A stretch of DNA of 64,000 nt from positions 17,920,001-17,984,000 of the forward strand of contig OZ076409.1 in the NCBI GenBank assembly GCA_964187785.1. Direction: 5' to 3'. Numbering within the stretch: position 1 is the first letter of the stretch; the number at the start of each line of letters is the position of its first letter. The notes beneath the pieces were generated by a model. It worked only from the letters and a program-made list of their open reading frames with translations, did no database searches and was not told the DNA's origin. A program made the position numbers and the translations under genes. This DNA comes from Amphiscolops sp. MND2022 (Eukaryota). Below are positions 12,438-26,807 of the stretch, piece by piece.

Positions 12438-15128
12438 TCAAGAATATGGCGGAGGAAAAGGATAATTTAATCGTGAATAGATTTTAATAGGTGTATCCGT
12501 ATTAGAGGTGACAGAAGTTTTAATTGAAGTGTCATGTTGAGTAGCTAAATTGTCATTCGGATGTGAGTTTGTAGTGGAATACTTAGGAAGTGTAAGATGT
12601 TGTTCAGAAGAAGGAAGTGTAGTTGGTTGAAGAGTAAATTTTGGATGGGAAAAGTGAGGTCTTTTTGGAAATAATTTAAATTTGGGCATCTGGAGTTTAT
12701 CATGTCGTTTAGTATAGAAAGGTGGAGGGGAAGTAATACCGGTAGAATGGTTAATTAAAGTTGTTAAAGTGTCCGAGAAACGATCTAAAGATTTAGATTC
12801 AAGAAGTGGATTTTTTGGTTCTTTGTTTTGAGTATCATTAAGGTCATTGACCATTTGTGCTGTAAGGACATTGAAAAAACCATGTGCTATAGAACTAAAT
12901 AAAGTAATATTGTTTTTAAGATTGTATTTAATAGAGATTGTTTTGTAAAGTTTGACAATAAGTGTGATAGTTGCTTATACAAAAAGAAATCTAGAAATAT
13001 AAATTCCACATTGAGTGAGGATATAACAAGGATATCCAAAAAGTGCAATAAAAGCATCGGAAAACCATGAAGGTGTAAAAAGGAGTTAAGTTTATTAGTT
13101 TATCAAGTAGTCCAAAACGTAATGTATTGTATGGATTTTCGTGAAGGGAATTTGCATCGTAATCAGGAGTATTAGATGAAATGAAGGATTAACTAAGGGC
13201 TTTAACGAGTAATTGAAGTGTAGAATCAGATTGTTTAGAAAACAGAATTCTATTCCAGAATTGATCAAGTTCAGCATTAGAATATAAACCAGCACCTTGG
13301 GCTGTAAAAGTGTTAGGGCGTACTGTAGTTTTAATTTGAGAAGGTGTAAACATTAGTGGAGGTTTACGTTTAATAGGTTCAGGTCCAAGAATGTAAAAAT
13401 CTTGATCATCAGAATCAAGATCCAGTTCAATATTAGTTCTTGGATTCTTATCACATGTAATTGGAGTAGCAGAGTCATAAGTTTGTCTTGTAATGGGGTC
13501 GACGTACATAAGAGTATCTTTAAAGTGTATAGGTATACGATCAAAGCATCAGCTTTGTATAAAGGAGAAAGAAAATGAGGACAACCACAGAGCCAGGTGG
13601 TGGAGCCTTCGACGTACAAAAAGTTACTACAATTTCCTGTTAAAAGGAAACCAGCAAGTTGAGGGTTTTGTACTGACATTGCGAGTTTTGTAAGGAGTTG
13701 ACTTCTTTCTAATTCACATAATGTATGAAGAGTATTAAGTTCTTGTACTGTCATGGAGCGAAAAACGTAATTATTAGTGTAGTCAATTTTTGTATTTATA
13801 TGTGCATCAAGTTCTAGTCAATTGTAGCAAAATTGTTGGAAACATTTAATGCAGGGCAGACGAATTTGTTATTTGAGGTGTCTAATACTATTTTGTCAGA
13901 AATATATTCATCAATCATGGAGTGAGGGTTAGGTTGTCCTGTATGCATATTAAAACCATCGGTGTATGTTACAAAAAAATCTGAATATTGTGTTGAATAA
14001 AATGGATCTGCTTTACCACAGAATGTGTGAGCTGTAGGATATACTTCAAATCGTGAAAAACTTGGGTTGTTGGGATGTTGTGTATGAGGAGCATAAACAT
14101 ATGGATGTTCTGTTCCTTTAATAGCAGAAGTTGCTTTGGGTTTGATTGAATGTGGAGAGTGGACAAAAGAATCAGTTTCATACCAATATCGATCTTCAAT
14201 TTTGGTCATACGTCCGAGGAAGTCTTGTAGTGTAAAAGTTAAGCAAAAATCATCGTTAAACCAAACAAGGGTGAAAGGAGTTTTTGTTGTCGGTTTACAA
14301 AAGCCATCTGCAAAATAGCAGGGTAATGTATGTCCATCTATGATCATAACATTTGCTGTATCATCTTAAGTAAGTTCTATTTCAGAAACTGAGTTGACTT
14401 CGAATTGATGATGGGCAGGACAATTATGATAAGGGTTTTGAGTTGAGTCAAATATCCAATTTTTATCTGCAGGCATAAAAGTAAAGGTACCGGTGTACAT
14501 TTTGTTCAACTGATATACAGTGAAAAGAGTCTGATATTGTTCTAAGCGTTCTTGAAAATAATAGTCTTCTAAGAGTGTGAAAGTTTTATTGGAATGGCGA
14601 TTGTTCAATATTTTGTTATTTGTACCATTAAGATGTCGAATAATGTTTTTGCATTCTAAAGGATCGAGTGTAACAGGAAGTGGTAATGTATTTTGGTTCC
14701 ATACGGTTCTATCGACACGATGATATTTAACCGAACCTTGAAAACAAATCTTTCTTTTTTTTGGCAAAAGCAACACATTTAAAAGCTTTAATGCGTTTAG
14801 CTTTTGCTCTGACATAAACGCGGGCTTTAACACTTGCGTGTTTAATGTCTCAAGGGGCTTCAGTGCATTGTTTCACATTGAGTAAATTAAATTGTCGCAG
14901 ATTATGTTGTTTTGCACAATCATAATGAGAAACCATAAGGTTTGTAATATTTGGATCGTCAGATGGGAGATAATTTTCTGTATCAGATGGTGTTATAGGT
15001 ATTGAAAAGGTAAAGGTGAATAAGAATGAGTGGAGTATCAAATGTGTTATATAAAGTATTGTATAAAGTCTAAAAGGAAGAGGTATATTTAAGACCGGAG
15101 TATGGGGGACACAAGATGATTTTGCCAT
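12438..15128 (-). pseudogene. env: Env-like membrane glycoprotein (class III fusogen-like), disrupted
   Basis: Hydrophobic signal segment, YDC motif, Cys-rich ectodomain with N-x-S/T sites, CELER...QNP...G...C motif, C-terminal hydrophobic anchor and a tail ending PPPYS. Confidence 0.8.
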
Positions 15129-16289
15129 TTGTGATGGTAGGTTGAGTAAGATCTCGTTCAAATTCAATATGTACTACTTCAAAAGGTGCAGGAGAAGTTT
15201 TGTGTTTATTTTTGAGACGTGAATAATCGGATGTGGATTTAAACCTTGAAATTTGACTTCGACTTCAAATTTAAGTTCTAATGAGAAGTCTGAAGACGTT
15301 TGAGTTCTGTTTCTTTTCTTTTTTGAGATAAGAGATCGCTGTTAGCAATGAAGCGTTCTGCAAGAATTAGAAATCGAGGGTCGTTTTGTCGGTCGTAAAT
15401 GGTTATTCCATCAACTCGAAGTGGATAGTCAGCAAAATTAGTAGTTGGAGGTCTAGAATGATCTGCAGTATCGTATTCAGGTAGTCTAATATGTGCAGGG
15501 ACAGGAGTAGGTACTATAACTTCTGAGAAAAGGTTTCCTGATTAAAATGCAGTCTGAGCATCAGAAGAGAGTAATGAAGCAGTTTCAAAACCAGAAGTAA
15601 AATAAGGAGAAGGGATAGGTTCTGAAGAATGTGTTTCAGAAGACAACGGTTGTGCGTGTTGTCGTACAAGTCGTAATACAGAATTGCTGGAAAGAGCAGA
15701 TAAATTGAGTGTTGAAGTATCTGTACTAAGTCTACGTGAAGGGAGGTCTCGAAGATTCTATCGATGTTGTGGAAGAAATAGTGAGCTTGTCGTTTCTTGT
15801 GATGGTGTGTATTCAGAGGTTTTGTCTAAAAGATTTGACTGTGATGTAGAAAGTTTTCTAAGGGGTTTGAGTGAAAGGTATAGGTTAGAAGAAGTAGTAG
15901 TGATTTCTGATGGTAGTTTCAGTGGAGGTAAACGTGTATATTCAGTATCAGGAATGTGTACAAGATTGAGCTGAGGTTGGGGTCTAACAGTTTTGATAGC
16001 TGTAGGGTGTTTGTAATTTACGTATTGTTCAAAAGTTTCAGGATTAGGTATATGTACTAAAGGAGTATTAATGGGAGATGGTTGAGTACGAGTAGTAATA
16101 GGGATTTCAGTTATAGGTGGTCTATGAAGAAAAGATGAGGAAGATGTTTCAGAAACGTATGATCTTGGTCGTTTAGAAGGAGTGACAGGAGTTACATTAC
16201 GAGTGTGAGTAGTGGTAGTTGTTGGGGATTCATTATTAGAGTTAATACTTGGAGCTGAGGGAGATGTATCAGAAGAAGAATCCAGGGTT
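15070..16289 (-). pseudogene. Orphan ORF between pol and env (PSAP motif), disrupted in this copy
   Basis: Homologous to the open frame 57868-59061. PSAP is encoded at 16250-16261. Confidence 0.65.
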
Positions 16290-16400
16290 CTGGAAAAAGT
16301 ATTTCAACAGGTTATCGTTGTGATAACTTGTTAGTGACTATCTTGTATTCAGCTTTTCAGTGAGCAGTTTTCAATGAGCCTGTGGGTTGAATGATGGAGA

Positions 16401-19400
16401 CTAAAGTTTTGTAGGACGGATAAAGAGTCTATAATCTAATTTGGGTTGGTGTCGTAGTGTATAAGTAGTTTTCGTAGTTTTGTCAATTAGGGGAGGAAGT
16501 GAATCAGTTTGGTTTTGAGAAGAATGTCTGGATCTGTCATTAGTGTGCGGAGTGTTAATTATGTTCTTGTATAGTGAGCTGTCATTGGTGGAAGGAGTCA
16601 AAGACTTGTGATTGGATGTTATGAATGGTGTTCTACTTGCTTGAGATGAATTTTGATTGGATGTCGTGGGTGGTGTCAAAGTAGTGGATGGTGTCAAAAA
16701 TGTTTGAGAAGAATCTTCGTCTGACAAGGATTCGTCTCAACTGAAAGGAGAAGAATCACTGTTTGCATATTTGATTGGTTGTGGAATTTGGAATTGGGTT
16801 GAGTCTGAAAAGCGCATGAAACTACGCAAATGTGGGTATAAGAGTTGTTCTTTTGGATAATATGGAATTAAATGATTACGGTGAACATGTACTGTAGAAC
16901 CATCTTGTTAAAGAAGTTCATATGTTACGTCTAATAGTCTATCAAAGATTTTGTATGGTCCAATCCGAAGGGGTTTTAGTTTGTCCGAAAAGTGAACACG
17001 GGTAAAGTTACGTTTTAGGACAAAAATACCAATGGGAAGTGGTTTACCTTCATGATATGTTTTGGTAATGTAAGCGTGTGAGTTAATCTTTCGTAAGGTG
17101 TTTTCATATACGGTGGAGTATAATTGTAACATTGCAGTTTCTACAGCGAGAAACCATTGTGGGATAGGTTTTGAGAGTGTTCTTTAGAAAAACAGTTTAA
17201 GATCTGTTTTGTCATAATGAGAATGTTCTCGAAGTGGAGAACAATTGCGTGAAAAACATATTTTCGAGGTATCCCGAATAAGTTTTAAATCGAAGCTAAG
17301 GGATATTTTGGGTCTTGTATGAAAAACAATTTCATAAGGAGGAACATTGAGTTCGGAAAGTGGTTGAGAGTTATGTGCATAAGCGTATATATGGATTTGG
17401 AATGCCCAATCTTTAGGTGTGTCACAAAGGAACTTTCGTAAATGTGTACCAAGGTTTCTGTTTTGTACTTCGACTAGACCATTTGTCCAAGGAGAATAAG
17501 CTGTTCTAGGAGAATGACGAATTCCCATAAGTGTACAAAGGTGTGCCATTTCCTTGTTTACATATTCTGATCCACGATCAGTAACAAGATATATGGGTGG
17601 TCCAAATTTAATAATCCAATGGTGTAAGAGAGTTTTGATTGCAGTTTTTGCGTTATTTGATTTGATGGGTACTGTAACAACAAAGTGGCTAAAAGCGTCA
17701 ATTATGACGTGTATATAAGGTTTGTTGTGTGAAGGAGGAATAATAGGTCCTTTAGTGTCCATTGAAATGCGATAGTTAAAGACGGAGCATGTTCTGGAAA
17801 TGATTGTGTAGGGGCAGTTTCGATTTTCATATTGAAGTGTTTATTACGTTGACATTCAATACAGTCATGTATGAAAGTGGAAAGCCATTTTTCGACAAAT
17901 GGAATGTAGTAATATCGTGCGAATGTAATATATGTAATTTTGATACTTGTATGGGAGTGTTCATGAAGTTTGTTAAAACAGTTTTGAACATTCGGAAAGG
18001 AAGATATATTCGAATAGTAGCGTGTACAAAATCTGGAGTAAAAGGTTGATTTAGAACAGCAGAGCTTTTAATATATAGGCTAATAAGATTTGTGGAATCA
18101 TCTAAGAAAAGTTGTGAAAATCTTTTGTAATATGCATGTAGGAAGGGAGTGCCAGTGATGAGTGGTGTTAGAGATTCAGGTTTTTCATTATTAATGATCC
18201 AAGAATAAACAGTTCTAAGAACCGGGTCTTGGGATTGTTGTTGTTGAAGTGTTTTTATGTCTAGTGAATAGTCATCAGGCAGAAAGAAGCCTTGAAAGTA
18301 ATATTTGTATTTGAAAAAGGAAGTATCATAAAAAGGTATAACTCTTGAGCAATGTATGAGAGATAGAGAGTGTGTTTGTACATTTATTGCAGAAGTAGTT
18401 TTATGTGGATCATCAGATGGTGATTTTTTGAGAGTAGAAGAGTTTTCTTGTAGTGTTCGGTCTGTTGAAAAGGAAGAGTCCTATTTTGGGATTCTGGAGT
18501 ATATATGATCTTCATCATCACTTGTAACATCAGTATCATTGAGTAAGAGAGATTGTTGATGAAGGGTTTTGTTGTTCTTTTTAATGGGTGTCTTGAATTT
18601 TGTTCGAAAATGAGAAGGTGTGTAAAGGTTTGACAACAATGTCGTTTCCTTTATCATTATTACGAATGGAAAAGTGGTCTGTACCATAATCAGCAAGAAT
18701 TGGGTGAGAGTGTTTGGTGAGGTAAGATTTCTTCGTGTTTAATTAAGTAATGTACAGGTTTAAGAGTTCCATTTTGTAAGAATGCAAAATCAATTTGTGA
18801 TGGAAGTTGTTTGTGTTTCAGTTGGTTTAGTTGTAATTCAGCTTTTGTAAAAGATCTGCTAAACATGTCAGCAACAGAAAAATTTTTCCTGAAGTGTGGA
18901 TTATTTTGAGTTTTGAAAATTTTGTTAATTGCATTTGAGCTCTATAGAAACGAGGACTAAGGTTACCTTTTTTGTAAATCAATGTAATAGAGGTTTGTGA
19001 TTGGTGAAAATATGTATTTGATGGGGCGAACCAATAATGAGAAATTCATAAATTTGAAGAGCGTGTACTATATCAAGAAGTTTGCGATCGAGTGTTGAAA
19101 GTTTTTGTTCTTGTGGGTGGAGTATACGAGAGTTGTATGATATGACTTTCATTTTGTTTTGATCATTTAACTGGAAGAGGACAGCGCCTAATCCAATAAG
19201 GGAAGCATCAACTGTGATGAAAAATGAATGTTTCGTATTTGGTATTGTGAGTTCTGTTTCAGAAGTGAGAGACATTTTTAGTTTTTGAAAAAGACGTTCA
19301 TGTTCATCTGTCCATTTCCTCGGAGTGTTTTCGTGTAGAAGATCGTAAAACGGTTTTCAATAAATTTAGTGTAGAAATTGAGTGCGCCAATGAAACTCAT

Positions 19401-22400
19401 TAGAGCAACTCTGCCAGTAGAAGAAGGGATTTTATGAATAGCTGCAAATTTTGAATGAATTGGTTTAATTGTATTGTAACCAATTTCATGTCCAAGAAAT
19501 TTGACATTAAGGAGCATGAAAATTGATTTTTCAGGGGCTAGTTTAAGTTTTTTTTTGTACTGATAACGTGTAATTGTTCGATGAGTTGGAACATGTGTTC
19601 TTTAGAGTCAGATAAAAGTAAAATATCGTCAATATAGACAAGGGCAAAACCTTGTTCTATAAGAGTTTTAAAGAAGGTAGACATTTGTTTTGTAAAGAAC
19701 TTTGGGAGTCCTTTGAGACCATAAAACCTCATATGAAAGCAAAGGGTTTATCTCCTGAGGAGAAACTGTTAAGTTTAATAGTGTCTTCATCAAGGGGTGT
19801 ATCTGCATAGCCCTACATAAGATCAATTGCAGATTTGTACTTTTTGTTTGCTCGTGCTAATTGTGGAGCGAGAGGTTCAATAGGCCAAGATTCATCAGAT
19901 TGTTCTGTATTGGAGTTAAGATGTCGAGCATCTAATACACATTTTATAGTGTCTCCTTTGGGGATTATAATAAGAGGATTTAAATAAGTTGTACCATAAA
20001 CTGGTTTGTCTTGTGGAGAGGAACCGATTTGTTTTATAATGTTATATTTTTCTAGTTCTTTGAGAAGTGTGTTAAGTTTGTCTCTATAGTGAATAGGAAC
20101 TTTAGAAGGACGTTGTGTCATAAGTTGAGCATTGGGTTTAAGTCTAATACGAAAGGGAGTTGAGATTTTACCAACATCGTTTTTATGAATTGCATAACAT
20201 GTTTTATATTTGAGTAACATATTACAAAGGGTAATGTACTCAGTGTCAGTAAGGTCAGAAAATTGGAAAGTAAATTTGTTGATAAATTTTAGATTGTCAG
20301 AAGTATATGGTAAAGAAGGGAGAAGGTGTTTTTCAGAAGTGTGAGAAGTAAGTTGGACGTTGTATAAAGGTGAAGTTTGATTTAGTATATCAGAATTTGT
20401 CATATAAATTTGATGTAATGAAAATTGAGGAGGAGGAGTTGTAAAATCATCATAGTGTATAATATATTTGGTTTGTGGAACTGGTTCAATATATTTGGTT
20501 TGTGGAACTGGTTCAGTTATTTCGGGATGGTATGTATGAGTAATATTATGTATTAAAGTGTTAGTATCGTTGACTTGAAAGAATTTAGGTTTTTCATTTG
20601 TAATTGGAACATCGATATATCCAATATGTAATGGATAATGTGTTGCAGGTATTGTTGCAAGATGTTTGGAGGTTGCTGAATAATAATTGCACAAATGTCT
20701 GGTTTGTTATCTGTGAATACTTCAAAAAAATTGAAATTTGTACAAAACTTGGTAGCAAAATAGGTTTGTGGTACTGAAGGGAAGAAGTAGTTTTGTGGTG
20801 TAGTTGTAAAATGAAGATTATGATAATTTTTTATTGGAAAGTGTGCAATTTTAGAAGACTTGGGTTTTAGACGTATTTGAGTTTTTGAATTAATTCTGTA
20901 AATGTATGAAAACTATGGGTAGTCTTTAGGTAGGAGTGTTGTGAATTTTGCATAATTTGGGTGTGTTTTTGATTGGTATTTAAATTCTAGTGTAAAATCT
21001 TGTATGTTTATGTTCTGTATATTGTCTTCAAAGAAGGGTGTACCAAGGATATTGTTTTTGATATCAGCTACTGCAAAATGTACTGAAAAGTAACGCGAAT
21101 TATCGTCATTAGTTGTGTTTAAAATTATATTGGCATCATGTAATATAGGAACTTCGGTTTGGTTTGCAACATTCAATGTTTTTGAAGTGTTCGGGGTCCA
21201 ATGTCAAAAGTGAGATTTGGTCTGATATCTAAGAGTTTTGTAAGAGTTATGTATGTTGGGTAGTTTAACACAGAGATGGAAGCACCGCTATCTAAAAGGA
21301 ATGCAAATTCCAGTCTAGATGGGTTATCTCTTTGTGTTATAATTGATGGTGTATGAACATATAGAGTATAAAACCAACTTGTAGGTGTTACAGCATTTGC
21401 CATTGCTGTTGGGTGATACATGTGTACTTCAAATTTTATAGGGTCAGATTGGTCTTGTGGTTGTATCATATTAATTTTGTTTCTAGGATTGGAGTGTGAA
21501 CGGGATCTAGAAAATCTAGAATCTCTTGGTTTAGAATATATGAATCTATATCTATATGAATTTGTATATTTTGTAAAATTATTGTCTTTGGCATAGGAGC
21601 GTGATCGATCTATTTCTAGGGCGAGATTTGTGGCTATAACGAGATCTATACGAAGATCTGTATGGAGAGCGGTAAGACCGTGAATCGCGTTTGTAAGTAC
21701 CATATCGTGATCTAGAGTATTGTGGAGTGGTAGTACTTTTGTCATAGCTAAATCTATCTCTAGATGTAGAACGGTATCGACTTTGTGAATAGTTTTTGTT
21801 GTAAGAGTTGTTACGTGAGGTACTTCGACTTCTATATTGATTATCATAGTGTTTTGTTCTATCATTAGAAGGAGAGCGGAAGTACTGTACAAATGATTTT
21901 AAAGGACATTTTGATCGAGCATATGCATCGCGTTTGTCTTCATCATCTCGTTGTTTTCTGAAACAAGCAGAGATGGTGTGCTTCGTTCTGTGACAATATG
22001 AACAAAATTTTTTATATGCAGGTTTATTCTTGTTGTTTGGGTCTTTTGGTTGAGTAAACACAAATTGTTCTTGTGATGAAGATTCAAGAGTTTGTGTGTG
22101 TAATTGTTTCGTAATGTTATTGACTTCAAGTGCAAGATCATGTGTTCTAATTTTGTGATTTGCAATGTCTTCAGCATCAACAAGTTTTACTAATGTATGA
22201 AAGGGAATCGAAAGTTCTTAGACAGTAGAAGTGTGTTTTACTTGTCTTTTGTTTGCAAAGTCTTTGAGGTTTTTTGGAAGTCCTTTTGTAAAAATTTCAA
22301 TACATTTGAGGTTAATAGTGGATGCTTTCTCATTACACCAGCCTTTTTCAACCAACTGTTGAACTTTGAGTGCAAAGTGGCGTACTGTTTCATTATCCTT

Positions 22401-24621
22401 TTTGGATAGGTTAAGGGCTTCAACTTGAGCATAATAAGCGTTCTTTTGTGAAGAGAATTGTTTTTTGAAAGCTTGTACAAAAGCGTGCCAATCTTGTTTA
22501 TAAGTGTCATTTAAACGAATGTACCAACTGAGTGCTGTGCCTGTTAAAGAACATTGTATAAAAGGCACGTGACGGGCGTTCCAAAAATTATTTTCATGTT
22601 CTGATGAAGGTTGTAAACCTAAAGAAAGTGTAACACGTGCCTCAATATGTTGTAAGTATTCTTCAGGTGTATAATTATGATCTAAACCATCATAAGGTTT
22701 AATAGGTTCTGATATCGAAGTAGAAGAGTTGATATATGTTGGGTGTGAAATAGTATTGTGAGATATAGTAGATGGTGGTACTGTGTTGTATGTAGGGTTA
22801 TTCGAGGTATTGGTAAAGGAAGTGGTAGATGTGTTATGAAAGAGGGGGTTAGTTCTAATGGTTGTTGAAGGGGGATTTTGTATTTGAAAATGCGAGTTTT
22901 GTAATGTAGGTGTGATTGTATTAGACGTGTGTTGAGGAGGGAAAGTATTCAACGAATTGGGTCTGTTATTGTTTTCATCTGAGATTGTTGTGTATGACTT
23001 GAGTTTGTTCTTGTAAGGTTGTATGATAATGGATTAGTTAATATGGGTTGTAATGGAGGTCTAGAAAGATGTCTAGAAGTTGTGTAATCGAAAGGTGGAT
23101 TTGAATGAATAGTGTTAATGTTTAAACTAGTTTGTACAATTTGTACTGGACTACTTTGAGCTGGAGTATAAGTTGAAATTTGTATTCCAGGAGTTGATGG
23201 TGGAGTTGGTGTTTGAAAATGGACTGTATTATTGTGTTGTGTATAGTGTTGTGTATTTGAAGAGCCTTGTTGAGGAGAATTATGAGTGTGAATTTGAATT
23301 GAGAATTGAGGTGGAATAGAAGCTGGGTCATAATTTTGACGAGGTGATGCTTGATGCTTGTGTCTGAGATGGCTGCGTAGTATTAGTATGAGATGTGGAT
23401 AAAAGAGAGGTGTTATCTTGAGTTGTACTTAAAGTGTTGTCGTGGTTTTGGTTATTAGTTTCGTCTTGTGTGATTTTGTGGGAAGGAACTTGTATAAGAT
23501 TTGAATCGTTAGTTATTGTATGACTTTGTGTAGTTTGTACTGTTTCTTCAGAAAATTCTGATGCATTCTGTATTGTAGCAATTTCAGAAGGATTCAATTG
23601 TTGTATATCAGAAACTTGTAATAATTGTGGATATAGTGGGTTTAATTGGTGAGGTTCTGGATTTCGAAAAAGTTTAATGAAATCATCTTGCTCTGATTGT
23701 ACTGAATGTTGTCTATTATATTGAGTTACAACATTAGAGTTTGGTTCTTCTGGGAATGTTTCAGGGGAAATGTTAGATGTAATAAAAGGTCTGTTATCTG
23801 ATGTTTCAGAATGTTCAACTAAAAAGGTGTGATCTAGATTTATTTGTTCAAAATAAGTAGTACTAAATGAGGTAAGATACCTGTATTGTAACTGTCTATG
23901 TTCATTTTTTATCATGTATGGTAAGAGTTCTGTTTGTGTTAGTATTTAAGTAAAGTGAATGGGCGCTTGTTGATCTTGTTGTTCCCAAAACAGTTGATAG
24001 TTAAATCTGAAAAACTTTAATAAAAATCGAGAGAAAACTTTGACTTGAGGAATAGTGTCGTCCGTAAGGGTAATATTGTTACAGAATCTGTATTGAAAGT
24101 TTTTTACTCGTAAAATATTTTGTTGTAGCCAATAATGAGGGCTATCATGTCTCTGAATTCTTGTTTCAAGATAAGGGACCTCAAAATAATCAGATTTGTG
24201 TTTCAGATCTTCTAAGTGAGAAGGACGGTGAAGTGGTGTATCTTGGTTTTCATTGAGTTCAATAAGTTTTTGTATGTACGTGAGGAAAACATCTTGTATA
24301 GAAAGTGTAATATTTTGTGGATGGATTGTTCAATAGTATGTTCCAGTACTTATTCATTTAACTGGGTTAAAATATCTTGAAAAGGGTTTTGTGATGATGT
24401 TATTTCAAGTGTTTCATATCGAATGTTATAAAGATAAGAGTCACAATGTTCTCTTGCCAACGGAATAGTATGTATCGTATGGGGTTCTGTTTCAAATGGA
24501 AATGGATTTGTGTACTGAAAGATGATGTTGTTCAGAAAAGGTGTTCATCTTGTTGTTCATCTTGTATAAGAGACCGATTTTGTCTTTCCTCTGTAGATAA
24601 TACAAATGTGGGAGGAAGCTT
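16401..24621 (-). pseudogene. gag-pol polyprotein of giant gypsy copy 1 (many stops and frameshifts)
   Basis: Capsid-like PIKPYDGLD/LTGTALSWY, CCHC knuckle CSYCHRTKHTISAC, RS-rich tract, protease LLDSGAS, RT YIDD, RNase H VDAS, integrase MDTKG/DRGSE/NGLVE and GPY motif. Confidence 0.93.
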
Positions 24622-24636
24622 TATATATTGCTAAAT

Positions 24637-24870
24637 TCAGTTAGTATAATAAGATTGCCATAAAGGATAGATGTACTGGAAAAGAAGATATTTTGTATTA
24701 AATTGAGAGTTATATGGTAAGAGTTGGTCTATGAATACAACTTGTAAGAATATTGTAAGTACTGTACACAGGAAAAGAAGAAATGGGTTATGTATGTATT
24801 GTATAAGAGTATAAAAAGTATAATGAATATTGAGTAGTCCAAAAAGAGGTTGTATCAGACTTGTTAACAT
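24637..24870 (-). CDS. 77-aa hydrophobic upstream ORF of giant gypsy (intact)
   Basis: ATG-to-stop ORF with the same length and 64/77 identity to 49332-49565. Hydrophobic stretch FLLFLCTVLTIFLQVVFI. Confidence 0.55.
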   Translation of the reverse strand: MLTSLIQPLFGLLNIHYTFYTLIQYIHNPFLLFLCTVLTIFLQVVFIDQLLPYNSQFNTKYLLFQYIYPLWQSYYTN

Positions 24871-25018
24871 AGAAAGAAAAAGTTATACCTTGGAATTTTG
24901 GTATAAAAGATATTGAAAATCTGTCAAGAAAAAGTGCAAGACCGGCACCGAGTGCAACAAAGAACCAAAGGCAGACAATGAGCTTAGCTACATTATCTAC
25001 TGAAGGCGACATGTACAA
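24788..25018 (-). CDS. Small upstream ORF with a predicted TM segment, overlapping the 77-aa ORF
   Basis: MSPSVDNVAKLIVCLWFFVALGAGLALFL. The homologue at 49190-49312 has the same N-terminus but an earlier stop. Confidence 0.45.
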   Translation of the reverse strand: MYMSPSVDNVAKLIVCLWFFVALGAGLALFLDRFSISFIPKFQGITFSFYVNKSDTTSFWTTQYSLYFLYSYTIHT

Positions 25019-25684
25019 TAGAGTTCTGTTAAGAGTATGTCAAAAAGTTGTATAAAAAGTTTGGTATAAATGTGTGAAAAATTGAAAGTTATATAAAGTA
25101 TTATTTGATTTATTTGTTATATATATGGTTATTTGCTATGTATTTGGATCCGTAAACTGGTTTTGAAAGAGTTTGGGTGTTGTTTGTACTATATAAGTGA
25201 CAGGAAAGAGAGGTTCTAAAATAGTGTGGTGTAAAAGATATATGTTATATAGGTGTGCCAATTTTAAATTTGATCCAAGCGGCTAGAACCAAAGTATTTT
25301 ACTAGAAGGAATCGCTGGATAGCACTGTAGAAAGGCCAACACGTATCGCACGTCTGCGGTTGGAACGGAAGAATGAGAGAATGCCAACACGAATTCACTC
25401 AGAGTTGGTTGGAACGAAACATTTACTGACAGGAATTACGTTAAGAAACTCAGTCAGAACCAAGAAATGTAACTGACAGGAATTACGTGGAAGGACGTAG
25501 TCAGAACCATAGCAACACGAATCAATTTCTATTAGAAATTGTTTGCAACGTTTGAAGTTATTAACGGTAGGCAATATTGAGAGGTGGAGAAACTGTGTGT
25601 CGAACAAAGAGGTTTCTGATAAGTAAGTCGAGAAAAGGTGTACAAAAGTTGTAAAGTTGTGAAATGAATGGGAGAGAAAGAAGA

Positions 25685-25702
25685 ATTTTCTTGGTCGCAC
25701 CA
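25685..25702 (-). promoter_or_regulatory. Primer binding site of giant gypsy copy 1 (tRNA not assigned)
   Basis: TGGTGCGACCAAGAAAAT two bases after the LTR-terminal CA. Identical in copy 2. Confidence 0.8.
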
Positions 25703-25704
25703 AT

Positions 25705-26125
25705 TGAGCTGTTAAAAAGTTGTAGTGTTGTTTCTTTAGATATTTTATCACAGACATAAGAAGTCTCAAAATTTAACAGCGAAGTCGTCTTTATTTCAAG
25801 TCAGTTTAGCTAGCTAGTCTTGAGTCTAAGTTCTCTGAGATCTCAGTTAGTTCCTTTGGAGAGGAAGACCTTTTGGTGGATTAGATTCTAATTTTTCTCC
25901 GAGTGGATATATTCTATCAAACTAGAGTAGATTTCATTCATTTACATTAATAAGAAAAGACAGTAACAGGATGGATCTGAGAAGCTTGTTACAGGATATA
26001 TTAAGTGAAGTTTCTCCAAAGAGAATTAACTTTCAAATAGAATTACATTTACTAATTACTTGGGTTAGGAGTTCAGACTATTTCAGATTTATCGAATCTT
26101 TGAGGACATGCATCATGGCATCACA
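25705..26125 (-). repeat. 5' LTR of giant gypsy copy 1
   Basis: TG...CA termini, followed by the PBS, with an AATAAA-like signal near the 3' end. Matches 6798-7220. Confidence 0.9.
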
Positions 26126-26807
26126 TTATAAAGTTCGAAAAAATTCTAAAAATCCTTGTAATACAATGTGCTATACCTTGGTTCAATATAATTTCCAGTT
26201 ATTTGCAAAGTTAGCACGAGACCATGAAAATAGAAAGACATTCAAACTTTTATTTTCCATTGCCCTTTTCTCAATGCAATGATTATCACTTGTATTCTGA
26301 GAGCAAGAAAACTAGTTGAAAAGGTAAGGAGAAATAAGATTGATGACGTAAAATTGGAATAAATTCTTATTCTTCAAGTAACAAGTCAGCTTGATCTAGG
26401 ATTTTTGAAAAAAAAAAGAATTGTGATCTGAGCTGTTTAAAGGGACTTACAAGATTCAGTTGCTTGTAAACAAAAGTAAAGTGGTTCTTTATCGAATTTA
26501 CATATACGTGTCTGGCAATTAGTTCATGTATTTTTGCACATTGATATCCAAAATGGCAGATTGAAACGAAATTTCCATCTTTTTTTCGTCAATGCCGAAA
26601 GCTGAAATTAGGTGAAAAAGTTTTTTTCTAGATAACCCGCATTTTCTATCTTTGCATACGTTATGTCAGTTACTATATTACTTTGTAAATAAATGAATCT
26701 GTAGTTTCGTGTCTCTCAAAAAAGTAGCTGCCATAGCCAAGGCATAAACAAGTTGACGGGGCGCTAGAAAAACAGGTGTTATCGGAATCAGCAATGTTCT
26801 TTCGGTA

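Larger units (their letters stand above)
6798..26125 (-). mobile_element. Giant env-bearing Ty3/gypsy-type LTR retroelement, copy 1 (degenerate, rearranged 3' end)
   Basis: Approximately 420-bp TG...CA LTRs, 4-bp TSD TTAT (6794-6797, 26126-26129), PBS, gag-PR-RT-RH-IN order, env-like ORF and extra ORFs. Homologous to 48021-64000 from the 5' LTR through env. Confidence 0.93.

Noticed and set aside
20461..20520. In-frame 27-bp duplication (EPVPQTKYI twice) in pol
   Set aside because: Present only in the dead copy 1, so most simply a neutral slippage event.
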